Source: Bacteroidota bacterium (GTDB lineage: Bacteria; Bacteroidota; Rhodothermia; Rhodothermales; UBA10348). Taken from it: 64,000 nucleotides of DNA. A program made the position numbers and the translations under genes. The notes beneath the pieces are model-generated. The model saw only the letters and a list, made by a program, of their open reading frames with translations. It did not search any database and had not been told where the DNA came from. Each line of letters opens with the position of its first letter. Within the stretch, counting starts at the first letter, position 1. The DNA lies in the NCBI GenBank assembly GCA_029262855.1, contig JAJCYP010000030.1:5111-69110 (forward strand). Direction: 5' to 3'. Of the stretch, positions 10,134-19,373 are shown piece by piece.

Positions 10134-11101
10134 GCGCCTTCCTCCCCGGTGGCGTCAGAGGTGGGTGCGGCGGGCGGTGGTGCCAATTCGCGCTCGGCTC
10201 GCTCGATCGACGCGCGTGCGTCCTCCAGCGTACGGACGGCGCGATCGGGGGCAGGGTGCTGGTCGGCGAACTTGACGAGGTCGGCCTCGGTCAGGAGCCG
10301 ACGGACCTCTCCAACTCGTTCGGATTGGAGAATGGGTCTGCGGCCCAATTCCGAGAGCAGTTCGCCTGTGGTAAGCTCACGAGCGGGGACGCGCGTGCGT
10401 CGGGCGATGTAGGTGCGGACGATGTCCGACAACTCAACGAAATAGGGCTTGATGCCCTCCGAGTCCGGGCTGACCGAACCCAGCGCCTGGATTCTGCGCA
10501 TGGCCTCATCGAACGGGGGCTCGGTGGGCTCCACGTATTCCGGTTCGCCTTCCTCCTCATCTTCGGGGACTCTGCGAAGGAAGAAGTACCAGAAGAGGAG
10601 TCCGGCCACCAGAACGCCCAGGATCCAGGGCCAGATGGCCCGGGGAAACTCAACGAGCGGTGCCAGGTCCTGAATGTCTTCGGCATCTTCGGGGACGACC
10701 GACCTCACCGGAAGGACACCCGGGATTGAAGCAAACCAGGTGGTGTCCTGCTCGGTCCCAAGACCGATGCGCGCAGCGACCCGTGCCGTGTCGATGGCGA
10801 AGGAGGTCATCTCGTACACGGCCGAATCAACCTGACTCGCGTCCGGCAGCAGCCGGCTCCCGGCCGACAGCCGGCGCAGCAGCTCCAGATCGCCCGCCGT
10901 CCCGACAAGCCCGGCCAGTCCGTCGGCTGGGACATCATCCGGGAATACGGCGTACCGCGAGCCGTCGTGGCGAATGCGCACGGTGAGTCGTTGGCGCGCT
11001 CCGATGGAAAGCGTGTCTGTGTCGACGAGCGCCCGAACGGTCTGGGCTCCGGCCACGGGCGCGATCGAGAGCGCGGCGAGAAGGAGAAGGATCCGCCTCA
11101 T
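10130..11101 (-). CDS. Bat-operon hypothetical membrane protein (DUF4381-like position)
   Basis: Signal peptide, central TM (WPWILGVLVAGLLFWYFFL) and an acidic linker. It occupies the slot between DUF58 and batA seen in Bat-type operons. Confidence 0.6.
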   Translation of the reverse strand: MRRILLLLAALSIAPVAGAQTVRALVDTDTLSIGARQRLTVRIRHDGSRYAVFPDDVPADGLAGLVGTAGDLELLRRLSAGSRLLPDASQVDSAVYEMTSFAIDTARVAARIGLGTEQDTTWFASIPGVLPVRSVVPEDAEDIQDLAPLVEFPRAIWPWILGVLVAGLLFWYFFLRRVPEDEEEGEPEYVEPTEPPFDEAMRRIQALGSVSPDSEGIKPYFVELSDIVRTYIARRTRVPARELTTGELLSELGRRPILQSERVGEVRRLLTEADLVKFADQHPAPDRAVRTLEDARASIERAERELAPPPAAPTSDATGEEGA

Positions 11102-11979
11102 CCTGAACGCCTGCGGTTTCGTCTCCGGAAGAACTGCACCAGCGGCTCCACGTAGCCTTCGTCCGTGTGTATCGCCACACGATCCACCCGAACGCGGCGC
11201 AGGAGTGCCTCGGTTTCGCGGCTGGCACGGTCGGCAGCGTCGGCGTAGTCGCTTCGCTGCTGGCGTGCGCCGGTGTCCACAACGCGGGTCTGCCCCGTTT
11301 CGGGGTCGGTGATTTCGAGGAGCCCCACGTTCGGCAGTGCCACCTCGGTCGGGTCGATCATCTGGATGGCGACGGTGTCGTGACGCCGGGACACCGCCCG
11401 CAGAGCCGTCTCATATCCCGTGGTCTGGAAATCGCTCAGTACGAGAACGATGGAGCGCCGGTTCAGCACTTGAAGCGCGTGGTTGAGCGCCACGGAGAGG
11501 TCGGTCCCCCTGGACTTGCTCTCGTGCGCGAACAGGTCCCGGATCAGGCGCAGGACGTGCCTGCGGCCCTTCTTGGGTGGGACGAATTCCTCGACCTGGT
11601 CGGAGAAGAGGAGTAGCCCGACCTTGTCGTTGTTCTGGATGGCACTGAAGGCGACTACGGCGCAGATTTCGGCGGCCATCTCGCGCTTGAACTTGCCCTG
11701 CGTGGCATAGTCGCCCGACCCCGAGACGTCCACAATCAGCATCACCGTCTGCTCGCGCTCCTCTTCGAAAACCTTGACAAAGGTGTCCTCGTAGCGAGCC
11801 GATACGTTCCAGTCAATACTGCGGATGTCGTCCCCGAACTGGTAGGGTCTCACCTCGGCGAACTCGATACCCTGCCCCTTGAAGGCCGAATGGTACTCAC
11901 CGCCAAAAATATTCGAGACCAATCCGCGCGTGCGGATTTCGAGCTTTCTGATGGTCTTGAACAGTTCCTTCGGAATCAT
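11098..11979 (-). CDS. DUF58 family protein (MoxR-associated, VWA-like)
   Basis: Motifs GEYHSAFKGQGIEFAEVRPYQFGDDIRSIDW and MLIVDVSGS. I prefer the ATG at 11979 (MIPKELFK...) to the ORF-track start at 12030. Confidence 0.85.
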   Translation of the reverse strand: MIPKELFKTIRKLEIRTRGLVSNIFGGEYHSAFKGQGIEFAEVRPYQFGDDIRSIDWNVSARYEDTFVKVFEEEREQTVMLIVDVSGSGDYATQGKFKREMAAEICAVVAFSAIQNNDKVGLLLFSDQVEEFVPPKKGRRHVLRLIRDLFAHESKSRGTDLSVALNHALQVLNRRSIVLVLSDFQTTGYETALRAVSRRHDTVAIQMIDPTEVALPNVGLLEITDPETGQTRVVDTGARQQRSDYADAADRASRETEALLRRVRVDRVAIHTDEGYVEPLVQFFRRRNRRRSG

Positions 11980-12173
11980 TGAGGTAGCGCCTGCCGGGGA
12001 GAGTCCGGTACAACGCGGACAGGGGACCACATGTTGTGTCGAAAAGGGAAGTAGTCGAGCCTAATTACTTGTTGGAACAAACAATGTCTCATCCGATACA
12101 CGGGGACGGATCCTTGGGCGCTGGACACAGCCACCAAGCCTACGAAAAAGCATACCTCACATTCTCGCATACC

Positions 12174-12749
12174 ATGAAAAAATCCATTCTCCTGGCGGCT
12201 GCTCTCAGCGTCGGTTTTGTCGGCACACTGACCACGTTTGACGTCGATCCGGTCCACTCCAACATCGGATTCAAGGTTCGCCACCTTGGGATCAGCAACG
12301 TGAACGGCAGTTTCACCGACTACGTGGCCACGGCCACCGTCGATCCCGAAGATCTGAGCACCCTCAAGGCCGAGGCCGTCATTCAGGTGGCCTCCGTCGA
12401 CACCGGCATTGAGCGGCGCGACAACCACCTTCGCTCGGACGACTTCTTCAACGCCGAGGCTCACCCCACCATTACCTTCGTCTCGAAGGAAGTCCGCAAC
12501 ATCGACGGTTCCGAGTTCGAACTGGTGGGCGATCTCACCATCCGGGAGACCACCAGGGAAATCATTCTCGAGGGAGAGTTTCTTGGCCAGGCTACCATGC
12601 GCGGCAAGACCGTCGTGGCTTTCGAGGCGGAGGCCCGCATCAACCGCTTTGACTATGGACTCAAGTGGGATGCACTCACCGAGGCAGGTGGACTGATGGT
12701 GGGCGAAGAAGTACGGCTCATGCTCGAACTTGAAGCGGCCGCCCAGTAG
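12174..12749 (+). CDS. yceI: YceI-family periplasmic polyisoprenoid-binding protein
   Basis: Signal peptide MKKSILLAAALSVGF at the internal ATG 12174. YceI motif HSNIGFKVRHLGISNVNGSF. Confidence 0.85.
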   Translation: MKKSILLAAALSVGFVGTLTTFDVDPVHSNIGFKVRHLGISNVNGSFTDYVATATVDPEDLSTLKAEAVIQVASVDTGIERRDNHLRSDDFFNAEAHPTITFVSKEVRNIDGSEFELVGDLTIRETTREIILEGEFLGQATMRGKTVVAFEAEARINRFDYGLKWDALTEAGGLMVGEEVRLMLELEAAAQ

Positions 12750-12829
12750 ACCCGGCAATGAATCCTCCTCGTTGCGAGAATGGTATTGAATCCAGGTCCG
12801 CCAGGAGGGAGGGCGGATCTGGCCTGCGC

Positions 12830-12870
12830 GGCGCAGCAGTCTTCGGACGGCTGCGCCGTGTTCTTGTGTG
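12830..12870 (+). terminator. rho-independent terminator candidate after yceI
   Basis: Perfect 8-bp stem GGCGCAGC/GCTGCGCC enclosing GTC-TTCG-GAC, followed by the U-rich GTGTTCTTGTGTG. Confidence 0.6.
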
Positions 12871-12951
12871 CGGGGACGTTTTTCACGACATCGTGTCTCG
12901 GCGCCGACTGTGCCCGTTGTATTTTCGTTCGAGTCCATCAGCCTGATCATC

Positions 12952-13647
12952 ATGGCCGCCAGCATCGGAATAGTCGTATTTCCCGGATCCAACTGCGATC
13001 ACGACGCCTACCACGCCTCCAAGCACATCATGGGGCAGGACGCGCGTTTCATCTGGCACAAGGAGACCTCGCTTGGTGAGGTAGACATGGTCATCGTCCC
13101 CGGCGGGTTTTCGTACGGTGACTACCTGCGCTCAGGTGCCATCGCCCGCTTCAGTCCGATCATGCAGGATATTGTCCGCTTCGCCAACGCAGGGGGACCA
13201 GTGCTGGGTGTCTGCAATGGGTTTCAGATCCTCTGTGAGGCCGGCCTGCTTCCCGGAGCCCTGATGCGGAACGCGTCGCTGCGTTTTGTCTGCCGGCCCG
13301 TGGATATTCGTGTGGAGTCGACTTCGACGCCCTTCACGCAGGGGCTGGAGGCGGGGGAAATCCTGACGATTCCAGTCGCGCACGGTGAGGGCAACTACTA
13401 TGCCTCGCAGGACGCCCTGGGTCGGCTGGAGGCCGAGGGTCAGGTAGTCTTCCGGTACGTAACGCCGGAGGGCGAGGCGACTCCGGAAGCCAATCCAAAC
13501 GGCTCAGCCAACAACATCGCCGGCGTTCGGAACGCGGCGGGAAACGTCGTCGGGATGATGCCACATCCGGAGCGCCACGTAGAGAGCCTGCTGGGTCACT
13601 CGGACGGGATCAGGATTTTCGAGAGCGTGATGGGCCAGCTGGCCTAG
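12952..13647 (+). CDS. purQ: phosphoribosylformylglycinamidine synthase, glutamine amidotransferase subunit PurQ
   Basis: [12 protein letters not shown], nucleophile elbow GVCNGFQIL, and MPHPER. I prefer the ATG at 12952 to the upstream start at 12868. Confidence 0.9.
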   Translation: MAASIGIVVFPGSNCDHDAYHASKHIMGQDARFIWHKETSLGEVDMVIVPGGFSYGDYLRSGAIARFSPIMQDIVRFANAGGPVLGVCNGFQILCEAGLLPGALMRNASLRFVCRPVDIRVESTSTPFTQGLEAGEILTIPVAHGEGNYYASQDALGRLEAEGQVVFRYVTPEGEATPEANPNGSANNIAGVRNAAGNVVGMMPHPERHVESLLGHSDGIRIFESVMGQLA

Positions 13648-14084
13648 CCTCTCCGGGATCGTCTTCGCCATCGGGGCACGAGAACAAGCGCTGCCAGCAT
13701 CAAGCTCAGCAGTACGATCGCCACCCAACTGTACAGGCGGAACATTGAAATGCTCCCGGCCAGCGCCCGGTAGCGGATGATGTGGCCCATCCGGGACTGC
13801 CACACGTCGATTTCCGCACTCAACGCCTTGATCCGGGTCGAGTCTGCCTCGGTCGAGAGGCTCTGTCGTCGAGTCAACCTGACGCCGAGAGAATCCAGTC
13901 CGTCGGCGTACAGCTCGTCGGCCGATGCATCCTGACGCAATCCCTGGACGGCCTCGGCCCGCAGGACCGGCAAGGCCATCTCGGTCCCGGCCAGACTCCT
14001 CGCGACGCTGAACAGCGTCAGGACTACCAGGCCAGTCAGAATCCAGCGCCCCACTTTGAGGACGCGGTGGGCGGAAAGCGGCAC
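13644..14084 (-). CDS. hypothetical two-TM membrane protein
   Basis: The ORF track gives 13644..14171, which would overlap sdhB by 88 nt. A GTG at 14084 (or 14054) avoids this. TM helices [14 protein letters not shown] and [17 protein letters not shown]. Confidence 0.45.
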   Translation of the reverse strand: MPLSAHRVLKVGRWILTGLVVLTLFSVARSLAGTEMALPVLRAEAVQGLRQDASADELYADGLDSLGVRLTRRQSLSTEADSTRIKALSAEIDVWQSRMGHIIRYRALAGSISMFRLYSWVAIVLLSLMLAALVLVPRWRRRSRRG

Positions 14085-14827
14085 TATTGACTCAGCGTTG
14101 CCTTGATGTATTCCCGTCGCATGGTCGCGATGCCCTTGATGGAAATACCCTTCGGGCACACCGCTTCGCACTCGGCGTGGTTGGAACAGTCACCGAAGCC
14201 CTCGGCCTCCATCTGATCCACCATGTTCACAACGCGCTGGGCGCGCTCGGCCTGCCCCTGAGGCAACAATGCCAGGTGCGAAATCTTGGCCGCCGTGAAG
14301 AGGGAGGCTGAGGCATTGGGACAAGCGGCAACGCACGCGCCACAACCAATGCAGGCGGCATAGTCGAACGCTTCGTCGACAACAACCTTGGGAATCGGAA
14401 TGGCGTTGGCGTCGGGCGCAGCACCCGTACTGACAGACACGTAGCCACCGGCCCCGATGATGCGATCGAATGCGGAGCGGTCGACGACCAGATCACGGAT
14501 GATCGGGAAAGCAGACGCACGCCAGGGTTCGACGACGATGGAATCGCCGTCCTTGTAGTGCCGCATGTGAAGCTGGCAGCAGGCGGTTCGTTGCTGAGGC
14601 CCGTGGGCCACGCCATCCACGACCACGCCGCACGAACCACAGATTCCCTCGCGGCAGTCATGATCGAACTCGACGGGGTCTTTCCCCTCCATGATCAACT
14701 GCTCATTGAGCACATCCAGCAGCTCCAGAAAGGACATGTGCGGATTGGCATCCGGAACCACATACTCCTCGAATCGACCCGTGTCCCTGGGTCCCTTCTG
14801 GCGCCAGACTTTCAGTTTGATCTGCAT
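14084..14827 (-). CDS. sdhB: succinate dehydrogenase/fumarate reductase iron-sulfur subunit
   Basis: Cys clusters [22 protein letters not shown] and [12 protein letters not shown]. Confidence 0.93.
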   Translation of the reverse strand: MQIKLKVWRQKGPRDTGRFEEYVVPDANPHMSFLELLDVLNEQLIMEGKDPVEFDHDCREGICGSCGVVVDGVAHGPQQRTACCQLHMRHYKDGDSIVVEPWRASAFPIIRDLVVDRSAFDRIIGAGGYVSVSTGAAPDANAIPIPKVVVDEAFDYAACIGCGACVAACPNASASLFTAAKISHLALLPQGQAERAQRVVNMVDQMEAEGFGDCSNHAECEAVCPKGISIKGIATMRREYIKATLSQ

Positions 14828-14846
14828 CTCTATTGCTCGTTGACGG

Positions 14847-16766
14847 CTACTTGTAGCTACGGGTGGTCAGTTTCACGTTCTCGAAGTCCAGTTCTTCCCT
14901 GTGAAGGACCGGCTTCGACGGGTCGCCGCTGTATTCCCAGGCAGCCACGTGGGAGAACTCCGCGTCGTTTCGCTTGGCCTCGCCTTCGGCCGATTGGAAC
15001 TCTTCGCGGAAATGCCCACCGGCTGATTCCTCGCGCGTGAGGGCGTCGAGTGCCATCACCTCGCCGAGCTCGAGGAAATCGGCCACGCGACCAGCGAATT
15101 CCAGGTTCTTGTTGTGCATCGCGTTATCGCCCGGGACCCGGACGTTCTGCCAGAACTCATCCCGCAGGGTGGAAATTTTGCCGATGGCCGTGGTCAGCCC
15201 CTCTCGGGTTCGCGACATCCCGACGTGATCCCACATGATGTGGCCCAACTCGCGGTGGAACTCCGTGACGGTCTTGCCACCCTGGATGGAGAGCAGTCTC
15301 TCGATCCGGGTCCGGGCCGCGTTCTCGGCCTCGTCGAACGCATCGTGCTTGGTCGAGGCTGCTTCCAAACGGCTGCTGGCGATGTAGTCGCCCAATGTGT
15401 ACGGGATGACGAAGTAGCCATCGGCCAGCCCCTGCATGAGCGCCGAGGCGCCGAGCCGGTTCGCCCCATGGTCACTGAAGTTCGCCTCGCCCAGCACAAA
15501 AAGGCCGGGGACCGAGCTCTGCAATCCGTAGTCCACCCAGAGACCGCCCATCGTGTAGTGGACTGCGGGGTAGATGCGCATGGGCACCTTATACGGATTC
15601 TCTCCCGTAATCCGCTGGTACATCTCGAACAGGTTGCCGTAGCGCTCGCGGATGGCCTGCTCTCCGAGGCGTTTGATGGCGTCGGTAAAGTCCAGATAGA
15701 CGGCCAGTCTGGTCTCGCCCACCCCGCGACCCTCGTCACAGACGTACTTGGCGTTTCGGCTGGCCACGTCCCGCGGAACGAGGTTTCCGAAGCTCGGATA
15801 GCGTCGTTCCAGATAGTAGTCCCGCTCGTCTTCCGGAATGGTCTCCGGGGCACGGGGGTCGCCCGGCTTCTTGGGAACCCAGACCCGGCCGTCATTCCGC
15901 AGGCTTTCGCTCATCAGCGTAAGCTTGGACTGGTACTCGCCCGAGACCGGAATGCACGTGGGGTGGATCTGCGTATAGCAGGGGTTCGCGAAGTGCGCCC
16001 CGCGCCGGTGGCATCGCCACGCTGCCGTAACGTTTGAGTTCTTGGCGTTGGTCGAGAGGTAGTAGACGTTGCCATAGCCGCCGGTGCAAAGCAGCACCGC
16101 GTCGGCAATGTGCCGCTCCAGTTCGCCGGTCACCAGGTTTCGCGTGATGATCCCGCGGGCGCGACCATCAATGTTCACCAGGTCCAGCATTTCACGGCGT
16201 GCAAACATCTCGATGTTGCCGGCCGCGATCTGGCGACTCATCGCCTGGTAGGCCCCCAGGAGCAGCTGCTGGCCAGTCTGGCCTCGCGCATAGAACGTCC
16301 GCGAAACCTGGGCCCCGCCGAAGGAGCGGTTATCCAGCATTCCGCCGTACTCGCGGGCAAATGGAACGCCCTGCGCGACACACTGGTCGATGATGCTGTT
16401 CGAGATTTGGGCCAGCCGGTGAACATTGGCCTCACGGGAGCGATAGTCGCCTCCCTTGATCGTGTCGTAGAACAGCCGCCAGACGGTATCGCCGTCATTC
16501 GGGTAGTTCTTGGCGGCGTTGATCCCGCCCTGGGCGGCAATCGAGTGCGCGCGCCGGGGAGAGTCCTGAATGCAGAAACTCTTGACCCTGTAGCCGAGCT
16601 CAGCAAGCGAGGCTGCGGCCGCGCCGCCTGCCAGGCCCGTGCCGACCACGATGATGTCGTGCTTCCGCTTGTTGGCCGGATTGACCAGCTTGATGGAGTT
16701 CTTGTACGAATCCCACTTCTCCTGAAGCCGGCCGGCGGGGACCTTTGAATCGGGTAGGGCTGCCAT
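14847..16766 (-). CDS. sdhA: succinate dehydrogenase/fumarate reductase flavoprotein subunit
   Basis: FAD-binding [24 protein letters not shown] (covalent FAD His) and HYTMGGL. Confidence 0.95.
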   Translation of the reverse strand: MAALPDSKVPAGRLQEKWDSYKNSIKLVNPANKRKHDIIVVGTGLAGGAAAASLAELGYRVKSFCIQDSPRRAHSIAAQGGINAAKNYPNDGDTVWRLFYDTIKGGDYRSREANVHRLAQISNSIIDQCVAQGVPFAREYGGMLDNRSFGGAQVSRTFYARGQTGQQLLLGAYQAMSRQIAAGNIEMFARREMLDLVNIDGRARGIITRNLVTGELERHIADAVLLCTGGYGNVYYLSTNAKNSNVTAAWRCHRRGAHFANPCYTQIHPTCIPVSGEYQSKLTLMSESLRNDGRVWVPKKPGDPRAPETIPEDERDYYLERRYPSFGNLVPRDVASRNAKYVCDEGRGVGETRLAVYLDFTDAIKRLGEQAIRERYGNLFEMYQRITGENPYKVPMRIYPAVHYTMGGLWVDYGLQSSVPGLFVLGEANFSDHGANRLGASALMQGLADGYFVIPYTLGDYIASSRLEAASTKHDAFDEAENAARTRIERLLSIQGGKTVTEFHRELGHIMWDHVGMSRTREGLTTAIGKISTLRDEFWQNVRVPGDNAMHNKNLEFAGRVADFLELGEVMALDALTREESAGGHFREEFQSAEGEAKRNDAEFSHVAAWEYSGDPSKPVLHREELDFENVKLTTRSYK

Positions 16767-16771
16767 GGGCG

Positions 16772-17470
16772 TCAGATTAGGTTGAAGTAGAGTGCCATCG
16801 GGACGAAGAGGAACCCGATTCCGGTGCCGGCTCCAAGAAGACCGCCGACGGTGTAGACCAGGCCGGAGATCGAGGGCTTCATGGCACCGAGCGACTGAAG
16901 TGCGCTCCAGACTCCGTGACGGAGGTGGAGAATCAGCAGGAGCATCACCGCCGTGTAGCCGAAGGCATACAGTGGGCTGGCGAATCTCTCGCGGACCAGC
17001 AGGGCCATGTTTCTGATGGGCTCTCCGCCGTCATAGGCCACCAGATAGGCCACATCGTCATTCCCGGGGCCGCCCGGTCCAAACTTGAACGAGATCAAAT
17101 GGAAGACGGTGAATACCAACAGGATCATCCCGGTGACAATCATGGACCGGGACGCTGCCGTCTGTCGGCTGGGGGCACCGGCGCTCTGGTAGCGGTCGTA
17201 GCCGACCGGGCGAGCCCGCCGCTTGCCGATCGCGATCTTGATCCCGGTGACGATGTGAAACACGAAGAACGCCAGCAATCCGGCCTCCACAAGGTAGAAG
17301 AGCGGACCCATTCCCGTGAGGAACTCCGAGTACTCGTTGTAGGCCTGGTCACCCGAGAAGAGCGCCAGGTTTCCCACCATGTGGAGCAGAACGAAGCCCA
17401 CTAGGCCGAGCCCGGTGATGCCGGTCACCAGCTTCTTGCCGACGGGTGACCCAAACAGCTTTTTCAGCAT
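16772..17470 (-). CDS. sdhC: succinate dehydrogenase cytochrome b subunit (b558/Bacteroidetes type)
   Basis: 232-aa polytopic protein with conserved His residues, immediately upstream of sdhA. Confidence 0.85.
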   Translation of the reverse strand: MLKKLFGSPVGKKLVTGITGLGLVGFVLLHMVGNLALFSGDQAYNEYSEFLTGMGPLFYLVEAGLLAFFVFHIVTGIKIAIGKRRARPVGYDRYQSAGAPSRQTAASRSMIVTGMILLVFTVFHLISFKFGPGGPGNDDVAYLVAYDGGEPIRNMALLVRERFASPLYAFGYTAVMLLLILHLRHGVWSALQSLGAMKPSISGLVYTVGGLLGAGTGIGFLFVPMALYFNLI

Positions 17471-17648
17471 GCGGTTGATGCGATGTGCCTCCGGTCACGA
17501 GCGCCGGGATAGCCATTATTCAGTGCCTGAAAACGTACGCCTTGCGTAGGTCTCTTTTCTCCGGATGACGGCCCGCAGACGGTTTCAAACACGGATTTCA
17601 TTCAGGATATCGACGAGGCGAGCCCTGATGCGGATAACCGGAGGCGGG

Positions 17649-18782
17649 CTACCCCGAAATCTTTCGGTTGGCCGGTCCGACGTAGGCCGCCCTGGGCCTG
17701 ATCAGCCGGTTTCCGTCCCACTGCTCCAACAGATGGGCGCTCCAGCCCGCGACTCGACTCATGGCGAATATCGGTGTGAAGAGACCTCCGGAAATCCCCA
17801 GAAGGGCATAGACCGAGGCGGAAAAGAAGTCGACGTTTGGATGGAGGTTTTTCTCCCTGCCCATCACGGTCATGAGGGTGGAGGACATGTCCAGCCAACT
17901 CATGTCCCCCTGCTCGGCACTCAGCTCCGACAGCATCTCCCGCAGAAAGGTCGCCCGTGGATCAATCGTCTTGTAGACGCGATGGCCGAATCCCATGATT
18001 CGCTCCTTTCGGGCCAATTTACCCATAACGTAGGCTTCCACGTCCTGGCCGGACGCGCGAATTTCGTCCAGCATTTCCTTCACTTTCAGGTTCGCTCCTC
18101 CGTGGAGGGGTCCCTTCAGTGCGGCGATGGCCCCCGTAATGGCGCCGTACATGTCGGCCATGGTCGCCGCAATCACACGGCCTGCGAAGGTGGACGCATT
18201 CAGGCCGTGCTCGGCGTGCAGAATCAGGCAGGCGTCGAATATCCGTTCGGCCTTGGGTCCCGGTACCCGGCCGTCCAGCATATACAGGAAGTTGGCCGCC
18301 ATGGAAAGGTCGGGGTGTGGGGCCAATGGGCTTTTTCCGGCCTGGGCCCGCGAGATGGCCGCCACGATGGTGGGCATCCTGGCCGCCAGTCTGATGGCCT
18401 TCCGGCGGTTGGCTTCGGGAGAAGGGTCGTCGACCTCGGCATCCTCATGGCCCAGGGCGCTGACGGCCGTGCGGAGAACAGCCATCGGGGAGGCCGTTGA
18501 CGGCGCGGAGTCAATGAGGTCAACGATCGACGGGGGAACGGTGCGTGTCCGTCTGAGCTGTCCGGACAGGTCCTGTCTGGCGTCCCGCGACGGGAGTTCT
18601 CCGTGCCAGAGCAGGTACACCACGTCCTCAAAGGTGCTGTTTCGCGCCAGGTCATCGATTTCGTACCCGGCATAAACCAGATGGCCGACCGAGCCATCGA
18701 TATCACAAATACGGGACTCCAGTGCGACGACGCCCTCCAGACCGCGGTCCGTGGTGCTACCCGGCGAAATGCTCATGGACAA
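17649..18782 (-). CDS. gltA: citrate synthase
   Basis: Signature GFGHRVYKTIDPRA, plus LILHAEHGLNAST. Confidence 0.93.
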   Translation of the reverse strand: MSMSISPGSTTDRGLEGVVALESRICDIDGSVGHLVYAGYEIDDLARNSTFEDVVYLLWHGELPSRDARQDLSGQLRRTRTVPPSIVDLIDSAPSTASPMAVLRTAVSALGHEDAEVDDPSPEANRRKAIRLAARMPTIVAAISRAQAGKSPLAPHPDLSMAANFLYMLDGRVPGPKAERIFDACLILHAEHGLNASTFAGRVIAATMADMYGAITGAIAALKGPLHGGANLKVKEMLDEIRASGQDVEAYVMGKLARKERIMGFGHRVYKTIDPRATFLREMLSELSAEQGDMSWLDMSSTLMTVMGREKNLHPNVDFFSASVYALLGISGGLFTPIFAMSRVAGWSAHLLEQWDGNRLIRPRAAYVGPANRKISG

Positions 18783-19373
18783 GGCTCAATGGTTGGAGAT
18801 GCGAGTCGATTGGCGGGGATCATTTCGGCACGATGGTGGATTATACGAAGTCTGAAAGTTCGCCCTCACAGGGCGCCCAGATTCGAAATTCAGTTCTGCA
18901 GTTTCCAGAATGGACACGTCAATGGTGAATACAGGCACTTTGCGCATCAGCGCGGTCCGTGTTCACGCGTGTCTGGCCCTCATTCTGACGGTCACCGGAC
19001 TGCGGCAGATCTTGCGAAATATCGCACTTCTTTCCGGCAGGCAACCTGTTTCAGGTTCATCCAGCTGGCACTTTCCCCGATATGCCCAGAGCGGACAGGC
19101 TTCGGCCCTACCCGTCCGGAGATATGGCGTATCGCGGGCTCATCTTCCATTCAGTCTTCACACCCGCCCTGGCCTAGAACCACATTGGTCGGCCACGGAG
19201 CGATCTATCCTCACCCCAATCTCGCCTTTGATCCGTTCGGGACAAGGCGGTGGTGCCCCAGCTTCCTGTAGGGCACCCGTCCAGGTTGACTGCGAGCCCG
19301 ATCTGTCGGGCCAGCAACTGGCCCGCGGAGTCGGGCGATCGTCAAGGGGCAGGTGTGCGACTGTGTCAATTCC

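Noticed and set aside
11976-12992. 338-aa minus-strand ORF upstream of DUF58, considered as the missing MoxR ATPase
   Set aside because: It has no Walker A or B motifs. It is antisense to yceI, which has a clear signal peptide and the YceI motif, and it reads across the yceI terminator.
17535-17552. Small hairpin TACGC-ctt-GCGTA followed by a T-rich stretch on the minus strand, between gltA and sdhC
   Set aside because: The stem is only 5 bp with a 3-nt loop, about 100 nt from the gltA stop. That is too weak to call a terminator. gltA and sdhCAB may or may not be co-transcribed.
17565-18500. 311-aa plus-strand ORF opposite citrate synthase
   Set aside because: It is antisense to gltA, which carries the citrate synthase signature. 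Its composition is junk-like (His/Gly/Arg-rich).
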